Notes under the pieces: generated by a model
What the model saw: the letters and a program-made list of their open reading frames with translations, nothing else
Database searches by the model: none
Told to the model about the DNA's origin: nothing
Origin: an uncultured Gemmatimonadales bacterium
Lineage (GTDB): Bacteria; Gemmatimonadota; Gemmatimonadetes; Gemmatimonadales; GWC2-71-9
NCBI GenBank assembly: GCA_963771275.1
Contig: CAVYSW010000005.1
Location: 1 to 64,000, forward strand
Length of the DNA: 64,000 bases
Reading direction: 5' to 3'
In this document: one piece after another, positions 1-9,144 of the stretch
Numbering within the stretch: the first letter of the stretch is position 1
Layout: each line of letters begins with the position of its first letter
Translations under genes and position numbers: made by a program

Positions 1-301
1 GTCTATCACGGACGCGGTTGGGCTGTGGGTCGAGCGGCTGCTCGACATCGTGTAGCGTTCCCAGCCTCGCTCCGGTCGCGGGTCGTGGAGGTGGGAGCGG
101 CGCGGGGGCACGTTCGGGTGACGGGTAGCGCCCCTGAGGTCTTGCGTTTTGCAATACCTGCTACTGGTAGCAGGTTGCGGATGAAAACTGAGACCAGCAC
201 TTTGGATCCGTGCAGCGTCGTCGCGAAAGAGCTTAGGCAGATGGCGTGTTAGGTGGCAGGCCCGCTTGACGCGCTGCACCTGTGGAGTTGCTGCTGGCCG
301 A

Positions 302-341
302 GGGCCGGCAGCGTAAGCGCACAGTCGTTAGGCCGCTCAGG
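302..341 (+). mobile_element. 3' half (L'/R') of an integron attC-like recombination site; crossover core GTTAGGC at 327-333
   Basis: gggccggcagcgtaagcgc-acagtc-GTTAGGCcgctcagg matches the GTTRRRY core. 327-341 is the exact reverse complement of 1267-1281. Confidence 0.65.
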
Positions 342-365
342 TCGGCGGCGTTTGGAGGGACTACG

Positions 366-1271
366 CTGCGCCTGCTAGCTCTAACTGCTGCCACTTCGCT
401 GCTCGCGCCAGCCGAGACCGCGCTGGCACAACGACCCCCCGTTATCGACGTGCACGTTCACTCGGGGCAGGAACCGCGCAGCGTGGTCGCCACGCACGAC
501 TCGTTGCACGTCCGGTTCGCCGTCGTTTCCGTACTCCAATCCGATCTGCGGACGTGGGCCAACGCCGACACGGGCCGCTTCTACCTCGGCTTGCTCTTTC
601 CCTGCGAACGAGGTCGAATGCCCAACACCGGGCTTGCCTGTTTCGACAACGGCGCGGACTTTCCCGACACGACCTGGCTGCGCGCCGAGTTGCGAGCTGG
701 GCGCCTTCGCGTTCTGGGCGAGCTCGTGCCCGAGTACGTAGGTATGACTCCGAACGACCCTCGCCTGGAACCGTACTGGCGTCTCGCAGAGGAGTTTGAC
801 GTGCCGGTCGCCATCCACATGGGACCAGGACCGCCAGCAGCTGCATATGACGTGAGCCCGGTTCCCCACAAGTCGCCCAACTTTCGTATGGCCGCGGGCG
901 ACCCGCTGCTCCTGGAGGAGGTTCTGCTCCGGCACAAGCGCCTCCGGATGTACGTTATGCACGCGGGGTGGCCGCGATTAGAGTCGATGCTGGCGCTCCT
1001 CTACGCGCATCCGAACGTGTATGTCGATGTCGGCGTTCTCCAGTTCGAAGTGGTCATGCCGAAGCCCGCGTACCTCCGTTATTTGCGCGGCTTGGTGGAG
1101 TCCGGCTTCGGCAAGCGCGTCATGTTCGGCTCGGACTTCGCGGATCAGCAGGGTCTGGGCATCGACATCATTCTCGAGGCGGAGTTCCTCACCGCCGAGC
1201 AGAAGTCGGACATCTTATGCAACAACGCCGCCCGCTTCTTTCGCCTCCGGTCTGGCATCTGCAACCCCTGA
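366..1271 (+). CDS. Secreted amidohydrolase_2-family metallohydrolase (probable gene cassette)
   Basis: IDVHVH metal motif, VAIHMG, MHAGWP and MFGSD; signal peptide ending ALA-Q. GGAGG at 354-358 points to an in-frame CTG start at 366. The ORF-track start at 282 runs through the attC-like site. Confidence 0.85.
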   Translation: MRLLALTAATSLLAPAETALAQRPPVIDVHVHSGQEPRSVVATHDSLHVRFAVVSVLQSDLRTWANADTGRFYLGLLFPCERGRMPNTGLACFDNGADFPDTTWLRAELRAGRLRVLGELVPEYVGMTPNDPRLEPYWRLAEEFDVPVAIHMGPGPPAAAYDVSPVPHKSPNFRMAAGDPLLLEEVLLRHKRLRMYVMHAGWPRLESMLALLYAHPNVYVDVGVLQFEVVMPKPAYLRYLRGLVESGFGKRVMFGSDFADQQGLGIDIILEAEFLTAEQKSDILCNNAARFFRLRSGICNP

Positions 1272-1304
1272 GCGGCCTAACCGGCGCTTGAAGCTCGCCG
1301 GCCC
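1267..1304 (+). mobile_element. 5' half (R''/L'') of an attC-like site directly after the amidohydrolase stop; distal half degenerate
   Basis: GCCTAAC (RYYYAAC) at 1275-1281 is followed by gcgcttgaagctcgccggccc, which pairs with 302-320 except for two unpaired bases and one mismatch. Confidence 0.65.
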
Positions 1305-1479
1305 GTACGTTCAGCAGGAACAGGAGTTCGCTGCGTGGCAGATTCGCAGGTACGTTCACTTTGCGTTGCTGCTGGCGAGTTAGAGCTCACGATCGAGGTG
1401 TTGGGGCTCCGGCGCTGGACAATCCAGATGATCGCCGATTCGGCCGCGAAGTACGCCCCTGGCCAAGATCTCGCATCTA

Positions 1480-1768
1480 CTGGGCGCTGGGCACCCCCGG
1501 CCAGGGCAGCTTCGACTTCCTTCCCGCCCCCCGGCGGGACTCCACCGCGCTCGAGATCGCCGCGGAGGGCGCGTGGCGCGGGGTGCGCTACCGCGTGCTG
1601 GATGCCCTGCACGTCGGAAACCCGCGCCGCGCCACGCAGGTGGACGAGGTGCACTACACCCCTCTTGACGAGAACGGGAACCCGGCGTCCCCGAACCCGC
1701 AGTACAAGCAGCCCGTGGCGTACCAGGCCCCGATGGCCGCGCGGCTCGGCCTCGAGATCAGCTTCTGA
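1480..1768 (+). pseudogene. Remnant of a TonB-dependent receptor / outer-membrane beta-barrel gene
   Basis: Ends ...NPQYKQPVAYQAPMAARLGLEISF* with a beta-barrel C-terminal Phe signal. It has no signal peptide or credible start and is far too short for a barrel. Confidence 0.55.
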
Positions 1769-1840
1769 TGCGTCAGCCAAGCGCGGCGGCGGGCGACCGG
1801 AGCTCGGGTCTGTGACCGGCGGACAGATGGTGGAGCGCCC

Positions 1841-4141
1841 GTGACGGACGATGTCGCTCGTCTCACAGCGGCCCTCGCGGACCGCTACACGCTCCAGCGC
1901 GAGCTGGGGCAGGGCGGGATGGCGACGGTCTACCTCGCCGAAGACCTCAAGCACCACCGCCCCGTCGCCCTCAAGGTCTTGAAGCCCGAGCTGGCGGCCG
2001 TCCTCGGCCCCGAGCGGTTCCTGCGCGAGATCGAGGTCGCATCGAAGCTCACGCATCCGCACATCCTGCCCGTATATGACAGCGGGCATACCGCCGGGCG
2101 GGCCGATGAGCCTGCGCAATCATCGGCCATCGGCCATCGGCTATCGGCCGAGTTCCTGTACTACGTGATGCCGTATGTGGAGGGGGAAACCCTGAGGGGG
2201 AGGCTCACCCGCGAAAAGCAGCTCCCGGTAGACGACGCGCTCCAGATTGCCCGCGAGGTAGCGGACGCGCTGTCCTACGCGCACAGCCGTGGAGTGATCC
2301 ACCGCGACATCAAGCCGGAGAACATCCTGCTGGAGAGCGGGCACGCGGTCGTGGCCGATTTCGGGATTGCGCGGGCGCTGACGGTGGCGGGTGGGGAAAA
2401 GCTCACCGAGACGGGGCTCGCGATCGGGACGCCGGCGTACATGAGTCCCGAGCAGGCAGCCGGGAGCCGGGACCTCGACGGCCGGTCTGACCTCTACTCG
2501 CTGGGCTGCGTGCTCTATGAGATGCTCGCCGGGCAGCCGCCGTTCACGGGGCCGACGATCGAGAGCCTCGTCCATCAGCATCTCGCGGCCGAGCCGCCGA
2601 GCATCACCAACATCCGGCCGTCGGTGCCGAGCGGGGTGGCGGCGGCGCTGACGCGGAGCCTCGCGAAGACACCCGCGGACAGATTCGCGACAACCGCCGA
2701 CTTCGCGGTGGCGCTGGCGGCCGCAACGCACCTCCCTCCAGTCCTCACCGTGCCCCGCGCGCCGGATCGGCGTCCCTCCATCGCGGTGCTGCCGTTCACG
2801 AACATGAGCGGCGCCCGTGAGGACGACTACCTCTGCGAGGGCCTGGCCGAAGAGATCATCAACGCACTCGTGCAGATCCCGGAGCTGCGCGTGATTGCCC
2901 GGACTTCCTCATTCGCGGTCGGGCGCCTGGGCCTCGACGTGCGTGAGGCTGGAGCGCGGCTTGGCGTCGAGAGTATGCTCGAGGGCAGCGTGCGTCGGGC
3001 CAGTTCCCGGGTGCGCGTGACGACGCAGCTCGTCTCCGCCCAGGACGGGTCTCATCTGTGGAGCGAGCGCTACGATCGCGAGCTAGCCGACCTGCTGGTC
3101 CTCGAGGACGACGTCGCCGCGGCGGTCGCCGAGCGGCTGCGGGGCGAGTTGGGCCGAGGGGGTGGCGAGTCAAGGCGTCCGGCCGTCGATCGCGAGGCGC
3201 ACGCTGCATTCCTCGAAGGCCGGTACCACTTCGCGAAGGGGACACCGGACGGCCTCGCGCAGGCGCAGGCGTGCTACGCGCGCGCGCTCGAGCGGGATCC
3301 AGCCTTCGCGGTCGCGTACGACTCGATGGCGGAGTTGCACTGGTTCCTCGGGTTCTTCGGCAACGCCCCTCCGCGCGAAGCGTTTTCGGCGAGCACCTGG
3401 TACGCGCTGCGCGCGCTGGAGCTGGATGACACGTCGGCCGAGACCCACGCGCTCCTCGGCATGCTGCGCAAGGAGCTCGACTACGATTGGCCCGAGGTGG
3501 ACCGTGAGCTCCGCCGCGCCCTGGAGCTGAACCACGAGTCGCCGCTCGTGAAGCTGCGCTACGCCATCAGCGGCCTCCTCCCTCACGGCCGCGTCGCGGA
3601 AGCGATGGCGGAGATCGAGGACATCGTGCGGAGCGATCCGCTGTCGGTCCACGCCCGCTGGTGGCTCTCCGTGATGAGCCTCCTGGCCGGCCGCCCGGAT
3701 CGCATGGACGACGAGGCGCAGCACATGATCGCGCTGGATCCCCACCACTTCCTGGGCTACTGGGCGCTCGGCATGCATCGGGATATGGTCGGTGCGGAAA
3801 CGGAGGCCGTTGCCGCGCTGGAAAAGGCGCATGACCTGTCGAGGGGCTCACCGTTCACGCTCGGATTCCTGGCCTTTGTCAACGGGCGGGCGGGCCGCGC
3901 CGACGACGCACGCGCGCTGTTGGAGCGCGCGGCCGAGGCCGCCAAGTCCGCTTACGTTCCCCCCTCGACGTTCGCATTCGGCCATATTGGCCTGGGCGAG
4001 TGGAATGCCGCGTTCGAGCGGCTCGAGCAAGCCATCGAGGTCCGCGACCCCCTCGTCATGCCGATCAAGACCTATCCCTTCCTGGAACCGGTGCGGGGCG
4101 ACGCACGCTATCACGCCCTGCTGCGCAAGATGAACCTCTGA
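1841..4141 (+). CDS. Hanks-type Ser/Thr kinase fused to TolB-N-like and TPR domains (no obvious TM helix)
   Basis: LGQGGMATVY, VALK, HRDIKPEN, DFG and YMSPEQ motifs; SIAVLPFTN TolB-N start; TPR helices; C-terminal ...DARYHALLRKMNL. Confidence 0.95.
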   Translation: MTDDVARLTAALADRYTLQRELGQGGMATVYLAEDLKHHRPVALKVLKPELAAVLGPERFLREIEVASKLTHPHILPVYDSGHTAGRADEPAQSSAIGHRLSAEFLYYVMPYVEGETLRGRLTREKQLPVDDALQIAREVADALSYAHSRGVIHRDIKPENILLESGHAVVADFGIARALTVAGGEKLTETGLAIGTPAYMSPEQAAGSRDLDGRSDLYSLGCVLYEMLAGQPPFTGPTIESLVHQHLAAEPPSITNIRPSVPSGVAAALTRSLAKTPADRFATTADFAVALAAATHLPPVLTVPRAPDRRPSIAVLPFTNMSGAREDDYLCEGLAEEIINALVQIPELRVIARTSSFAVGRLGLDVREAGARLGVESMLEGSVRRASSRVRVTTQLVSAQDGSHLWSERYDRELADLLVLEDDVAAAVAERLRGELGRGGGESRRPAVDREAHAAFLEGRYHFAKGTPDGLAQAQACYARALERDPAFAVAYDSMAELHWFLGFFGNAPPREAFSASTWYALRALELDDTSAETHALLGMLRKELDYDWPEVDRELRRALELNHESPLVKLRYAISGLLPHGRVAEAMAEIEDIVRSDPLSVHARWWLSVMSLLAGRPDRMDDEAQHMIALDPHHFLGYWALGMHRDMVGAETEAVAALEKAHDLSRGSPFTLGFLAFVNGRAGRADDARALLERAAEAAKSAYVPPSTFAFGHIGLGEWNAAFERLEQAIEVRDPLVMPIKTYPFLEPVRGDARYHALLRKMNL
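2101..2148 (+). repeat. Hairpin plus 4x heptamer (YATCGGC) inserted in-frame within the kinase gene
   Basis: ggccgatga (2101-2109) is the reverse complement of tcatcggcc (2120-2128); catcggc x3 plus tatcggc at 2121-2148. Confidence 0.75.
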
Positions 4142-4375
4142 GGTGAAACGCGCGCTGCGGCTGGACTGCGGCGTGAGTCAGGGTTGCTTCCGATTCCCAA
4201 CCAACTGGGCGCTTAGGTAGGGTTATGCGGTATCCCTAACCAGGCTACGCCCTTGGTTCGGGATACCGGATTGCCCCGGGGGCTGGCCGGGCGGCTCCAC
4301 TGGCGCCGCTAGGGCGGGCTCGACGTTGGTCTCGTGGAGAAAAGGCGCAAGTCCGTCCCGCCAGCTAGTTTCCAC

Positions 4376-4422
4376 CCGCCTAGCCGCCTGACCGCCTATC
4401 AGCCTGACCGCTAGCCGCCCAA
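4376..4422 (+). repeat. Degenerate octamer tandem repeat (CCGCCTRN x ~6) upstream of the S9 peptidase
   Basis: ccgcctag ccgcctga ccgcctat cagcctga ccgc-tag ccgcccaa. Confidence 0.7.
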
Positions 4423-4440
4423 CCCTTCCGAGGAACCGCC

Positions 4441-7128
4441 ATGATCCCTCCGCGCCATGCCCGCCCGTCACAGTGGCTCGTCACCGCGAGCCTGCTCCTG
4501 ATGGTGATCGCCGCCCAACCGTCCTCGGCTCGTGCGCAAACCCCGGATCACCACACACCGGCGTTTGTCGGGACCGCCGGCCCCGCCGCCCCCGCCGGCT
4601 CGGGCGATACCGTCCGCATCGCCAACTGGCTGCTCGGCGCCCGGTTTGCGCCCTACAAGTTCAGCAAGCTGATCTACTCGACCACCGTGAGCCCGCGCTG
4701 GATCGAGGGGACCGAGAAGTTCTGGTATTCGTGGGAGTCCGCGGCCGGCACGTCCTACTATCTCGTGGACCCCGCGGCCGCCTCCAAGCGCCCGATCTTC
4801 GACAACGCGCGGATCGCGGCCGAGCTGACGCGCATCACCAAGGACCCGTGGGACGCGCAGCACCTGCCGATCCGCCGGATCCGGTTCGTGGACGCCAACA
4901 CGCTCCAGTTCGACGTGCAATCCTCGCAGGACGACACCACGCAGGACGTGGAGGCCGAGCGGGGGGAGCAGCAGCGGCAAGTGCAGGGGCAGCGGGCGCG
5001 GCGGCCGCGGCCGAAGAAGCAGATGTTCCACTTCACCTACGACGTGCGCACGCAGACCCTGAGCCAGATCCCTGATTGGAAGGCGCCCGACGACCACCCG
5101 GACTGGGCGTCGATCTCGCCCGATGGGAAGACCATCGTGTACGCGCGCCACGACAACCTGTACCTGATGACGCGCGACGACTACCAGAAGATCCTCGACG
5201 CGCGGCGCGGCAAGGACAGCACGCAGGCCGACAGCGCGGAGTGGAAGGTCGAGGTGCCGGAGACCCAGCTCACCACGGACGGCGAGAAGGATTACAGCTA
5301 CGCCGACGCCGACCGCGGGATGACCGACGACGAGGTCGAAAAGAACAAGGACCACAGGAAGCACGCGCCCGTCAGCTGGTCCAGGGACTCCAAGCGGATC
5401 GCGCTGGTGCGCGAGGACGAGCGCAAGTCGGGCGACCTCTGGGTGATCCACTCGACCGGCAACAAGCGCCCGCAGCTCGAGACCTACAAGTACGACATGC
5501 CGGGCGAGAAGCACGTCGCCCAGTCCGAGCTCGAGGTGATCGATCTCGCGGCCAAGACGACGGTCAAGGTCAAGGCGGACCGGTTCACGGACCAGCGGCT
5601 GGGCCTGTTCGACGCCCGGCAGCTCCGCTATCCCGATCGGGAGGCCCCGCAGCCCACGCTGTGGCTCGCCGACAACGCCAATCAGGTCTACTTCTGGCGG
5701 CGCAGCCGGGATCAGCACAGCGTGGACGTGGGTGTGGCCGACGCCGCGACCGGCGACGTCAAGACCCTCATCGAGGAACGGCTCAACACGTACGTCGAGC
5801 ACGAGCCGCTCGAGCTGCTCAAGTCGGGCGACATGCTCTGGTGGTCCGAGCGCGACGGCTGGGGGCACGTCTACCGGTTCGCGCCGGACGGCACCCTCAA
5901 GAACGCGGTCACGTCGGGCCCGTGGCGCACCGAGGGCATCATCGGCGTGGATGAGACGCGCGGCGTGGTCTACCTCTCGGGCAACGCGCGCGAGCCGGGC
6001 GAGGATCCGTACTACCTGCATCAGTACCGGGTGGGGCTCGACGGCGGCGGCCTCACGCTGCTGGACCCGGGCGATTTCGACCATCAGGCGGGCAACCTCA
6101 GGCGGCAGGCGTACAGCGGCTTCGGCGGCCAGGAGGGCCTGAGCCCCGGCACGCGCTACCTGGTGGACAACTACTCGCGGGTGAACGCCGTGCCGGCCTC
6201 GGCGCTGTACGACGGCGCCACGGGACGCAAGGTGATGGACCTCGAGACGGCGGACTTCTCGAAGCTGCTCGCGGCGGGCTACCGGTTCCCGGAGCCGTAC
6301 ACCGTGAAGTCCGCCGACGGCGTCACCGACCTCTCGGGCGTGCTGTACAAGCCGTTCGACTTCGATTCGACCAGGGTGTATCCGGTCATCGCGTACGTCT
6401 ATCCGGGGCCGCAGACGGAGGCCGTGAACCAGTCGTGGGTCACCCGCGTGGCGGAGACCACGTCGTTCGCGCAGCTCGGGTTCATCATCGTCACGGTGGG
6501 GAACCGGGGCGGGCATCCGTCGCGGTCGAAGTGGTACCACAACTACGGCTACGGCAACCTGCGGGACTACGGCCTGGCGGACAAGAAAGCCGCCATCGAG
6601 CAGCTGCACGACCTCCATCCGTACTTGGACCTCGATCGGGTGGGGATCACCGGCCACTCGGGCGGCGGCTTCATGTCCACCGCGGCCATGCTGGTCTATC
6701 CCGACTTCTACAAGGTGGCGGTCTCGGAGTCGGGCAACCACGACAACGACGTCTACAACTGGAACTGGTCGGAGAAGCACCACGGCATCAAGGAGCTGCA
6801 CGACGCGGACAGCACGTGGTTCGAGTACAACATCGAGCGGAACTCGGCCCTGGCCAAGAACCTGAAGGGCCACCTGATGCTCTCGACGGGCGACATCGAC
6901 AACAACGTGCATCCGGCCAACACGTATCGCATGGCCGAGGCGCTGATCAAGGCGAACAAGCGGTTCGACTTCTTCATCCTCCCCGGCCAGCGCCATGCCT
7001 ACGGCAATATGAGCGACTACTGGTACTGGGTCCGCTCCGAGTACTTCATCCGGTGGCTCATGGGCGATCCGCGGTATCCGGGGGTGGATATTGAGCAGTT
7101 GAACGTGGAGAAGGAGCAGGCGAGGTAG
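4441..7128 (+). CDS. Secreted S9B dipeptidyl-peptidase IV-like serine peptidase
   Basis: Signal peptide, DPP-IV N-terminal propeller, VYPGPQ, nucleophile GHSGGG, DNNVH acid motif and terminal QRH His. Confidence 0.93.
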   Translation: MIPPRHARPSQWLVTASLLLMVIAAQPSSARAQTPDHHTPAFVGTAGPAAPAGSGDTVRIANWLLGARFAPYKFSKLIYSTTVSPRWIEGTEKFWYSWESAAGTSYYLVDPAAASKRPIFDNARIAAELTRITKDPWDAQHLPIRRIRFVDANTLQFDVQSSQDDTTQDVEAERGEQQRQVQGQRARRPRPKKQMFHFTYDVRTQTLSQIPDWKAPDDHPDWASISPDGKTIVYARHDNLYLMTRDDYQKILDARRGKDSTQADSAEWKVEVPETQLTTDGEKDYSYADADRGMTDDEVEKNKDHRKHAPVSWSRDSKRIALVREDERKSGDLWVIHSTGNKRPQLETYKYDMPGEKHVAQSELEVIDLAAKTTVKVKADRFTDQRLGLFDARQLRYPDREAPQPTLWLADNANQVYFWRRSRDQHSVDVGVADAATGDVKTLIEERLNTYVEHEPLELLKSGDMLWWSERDGWGHVYRFAPDGTLKNAVTSGPWRTEGIIGVDETRGVVYLSGNAREPGEDPYYLHQYRVGLDGGGLTLLDPGDFDHQAGNLRRQAYSGFGGQEGLSPGTRYLVDNYSRVNAVPASALYDGATGRKVMDLETADFSKLLAAGYRFPEPYTVKSADGVTDLSGVLYKPFDFDSTRVYPVIAYVYPGPQTEAVNQSWVTRVAETTSFAQLGFIIVTVGNRGGHPSRSKWYHNYGYGNLRDYGLADKKAAIEQLHDLHPYLDLDRVGITGHSGGGFMSTAAMLVYPDFYKVAVSESGNHDNDVYNWNWSEKHHGIKELHDADSTWFEYNIERNSALAKNLKGHLMLSTGDIDNNVHPANTYRMAEALIKANKRFDFFILPGQRHAYGNMSDYWYWVRSEYFIRWLMGDPRYPGVDIEQLNVEKEQAR

Positions 7129-7460
7129 ACGGCGGAGCCGGCGGACCCGAGGCGACGAAGGCCGCCGATGAGGGTTGGCTCAGGGTGCGTCGACGGACCG
7201 CCTCAGCGGCCTTCCGGAAAAGCCAACCCTGAGGCGGGCCGTCGCGAGGGCTGCGCGGGAATCGGGACCACCGACTCCTGCCGCTTCCTGCCGACCCCCG
7301 CACGTTACCGGATCGCGCCCTGTTCGAGGTCGCCTGCCAGGCCGGTCTGAAACCGTCGCCAGGCCCAATCGTAGGGGAGTCCCACAGGAACCAGTGCGTG
7401 TGACGACGCGGGTTGATCTCAGCAGCGGGCCGCACGCCGTGCTCATGGAGGGCCACAGCC

Positions 7461-8564
7461 GTGACGCTCAAGCGAATCCTGAAATGGAGTGCGGCCGCCG
7501 TCTCCCTGACCCTGGTGGTGGGGGCGCTCGTCGCCTACTGGACCTCGAGCAACATCTGCGGCGATCCCCATACGTTTGCGCCGAGGAACCCGATGAACGC
7601 GATTGTCTACTGCGAGTATGGATCCCCCGATGTGCTCAGGCTGGCCACCGTCGAAAAGCCCTCTCCCGGTGACGATCTCGTGTTGGTCAGGGTGCGCGCG
7701 GCTGCCATCAATCCGCTCGACTGGCACCTCATGAGGGGCACGCCGTACATCGCTCGCGTCATGATGGGCCTGCGCAAACCCAAGGACATCCAGCTGGGGG
7801 TCGACTTCGCGGGGGTGGTCGAATCGGTCGGCAAGAACGTGACCCGGTTCAAGCCGGGCGACGAGGTCTTGGGGGGCGGCTCCGGGGCCCTCGCCGAGTA
7901 CGTGTCGATGCGCGAGGATGGCACCCTCGTGCTGAAGCCGGCCAACCTGACGTTTGAGCAGGCGGCCGCGGTTCCCGTAGCGGCTCTCACCGCAGTGGAG
8001 GGGCTGCGCGACGGGGGAAAGATCCAGCCCGGGCAGAAGGTCTTGATCAACGGGGCGTCGGGAGGCGTGGGCACGTTCGCGGTGCAAATCGCGAAGGCAT
8101 TCGGCGCCAATGTGACGGGCGTGTGCAGCACGCGGAACGTGGACCTGGTCCGGTCGCTCGGCGCGGATCAGGTCATCGACTACACCAAGGAGGACTTCAC
8201 CACGCGTGGGGAACGGTACGATCTGATCCTCGACAACGTCGGGAACCACTCGTTGTCAGCACTCAGGCGCGTCCTGGAGCCCACGGGGAAATACGTGATG
8301 ATCGGGGGTCCGCCCGGGCGATGGGCTTCCCCTCTGGCTCGGGCGCTCAAGGTGGCTCTGTTGTCACGGTTCGTGAGTCAGGACATGCGTTTCTTCATGG
8401 CGAACCTCAACCCGAAGGATCTGACCGTCCTGGCTGATCTCATGCAGGCCGGCAAGATGACACCGGTCATCGACCGCCGTTACCCTCTGAGCGAGGCGCA
8501 AGAGGCGATGCGCTATCTGGAAGCGGGGCACGCCCGAGGGAAGGTCGTGGTCACGGTGGACTGA
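7461..8564 (+). CDS. NAD(P)-dependent MDR-family oxidoreductase (quinone-reductase-like alcohol dehydrogenase) with N-terminal membrane anchor
   Basis: AAAINPLD, GVDFAGVV, INGASGGVG and GHARGKVV motifs; GGAGG then GTG at 7461. Confidence 0.9.
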   Translation: MTLKRILKWSAAAVSLTLVVGALVAYWTSSNICGDPHTFAPRNPMNAIVYCEYGSPDVLRLATVEKPSPGDDLVLVRVRAAAINPLDWHLMRGTPYIARVMMGLRKPKDIQLGVDFAGVVESVGKNVTRFKPGDEVLGGGSGALAEYVSMREDGTLVLKPANLTFEQAAAVPVAALTAVEGLRDGGKIQPGQKVLINGASGGVGTFAVQIAKAFGANVTGVCSTRNVDLVRSLGADQVIDYTKEDFTTRGERYDLILDNVGNHSLSALRRVLEPTGKYVMIGGPPGRWASPLARALKVALLSRFVSQDMRFFMANLNPKDLTVLADLMQAGKMTPVIDRRYPLSEAQEAMRYLEAGHARGKVVVTVD

Positions 8565-8577
8565 CGACGAGCGCCGG

Positions 8578-9144
8578 TCACGCGATCTCTCGTGCCTTCC
8601 TCCACTCGGCGGTGAGGCCCAGGCGCGCGATCCACTCGTCCAGCGCCGGCCCATCGATGAGCTCCCCGCTGATCCGCCGCATGGCAGCGATGTCCCGCAA
8701 GTGGCGCTCGGAGCCTCCCTCGCGGTAGTAGCGCAGCTTGAGCAGGATCACGTACTCCAGCGGTGCCAGCCACACGGTGCCGTCCGCGATCGGCAGCGCG
8801 CGGCGACGCGCCATGGCCCACGTGCCCAGGGGATCCTCGCCCAGACAGTACACGTCGGCCCGGAGGGACGTCTCCAGGTCGAGGATGTTGAAGTGGCCAT
8901 GCGCCCGACGCCCCGCCTCTTCGCGGATCGTCTCGAGCGGAGGGACGTAGTAGCGCTCGGTGGGAAACGCGGCCGCGAGCCGCTCGGCGTCGGCTGGCGC
9001 GAGTTGGAGCACCAGATCCACGTCGTTCGTGAGCCGAGGCTCGCCATAGATGATGGCGGCGAGCCCACCGGTCACCATGTATGGAACACCGCTCTCGTGG
9101 AGGGGACGAAGGAGTCGTGCGAACAGGTCAGGCGGCGGCGTCAC
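8578..9144 (-). CDS. Nucleotidyltransferase toxin, MenT1-like
   Basis: GGLAAIIYGEPRLTNDVDL (GG..A.....R.T.D.D), ILLKL and RHLRD motifs; overlaps the small upstream ORF. Confidence 0.8.
   Translation of the reverse strand: MTPPPDLFARLLRPLHESGVPYMVTGGLAAIIYGEPRLTNDVDLVLQLAPADAERLAAAFPTERYYVPPLETIREEAGRRAHGHFNILDLETSLRADVYCLGEDPLGTWAMARRRALPIADGTVWLAPLEYVILLKLRYYREGGSERHLRDIAAMRRISGELIDGPALDEWIARLGLTAEWRKAREIA

Noticed and set aside
2..55. C-terminus of a tyrosine integrase
   Set aside because: Only 17 codons are visible, which is too little to assign.
4468..6996. Long antisense and alternate-frame ORFs (also 9050-11542, 12453-14534, 14276-16501, 43850-46186, 53867-56458, 55659-58178, 60951-63635)
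   Set aside because: They are shadows of well-supported genes in high-GC DNA, Arg/Pro/Ala-rich and without motifs.
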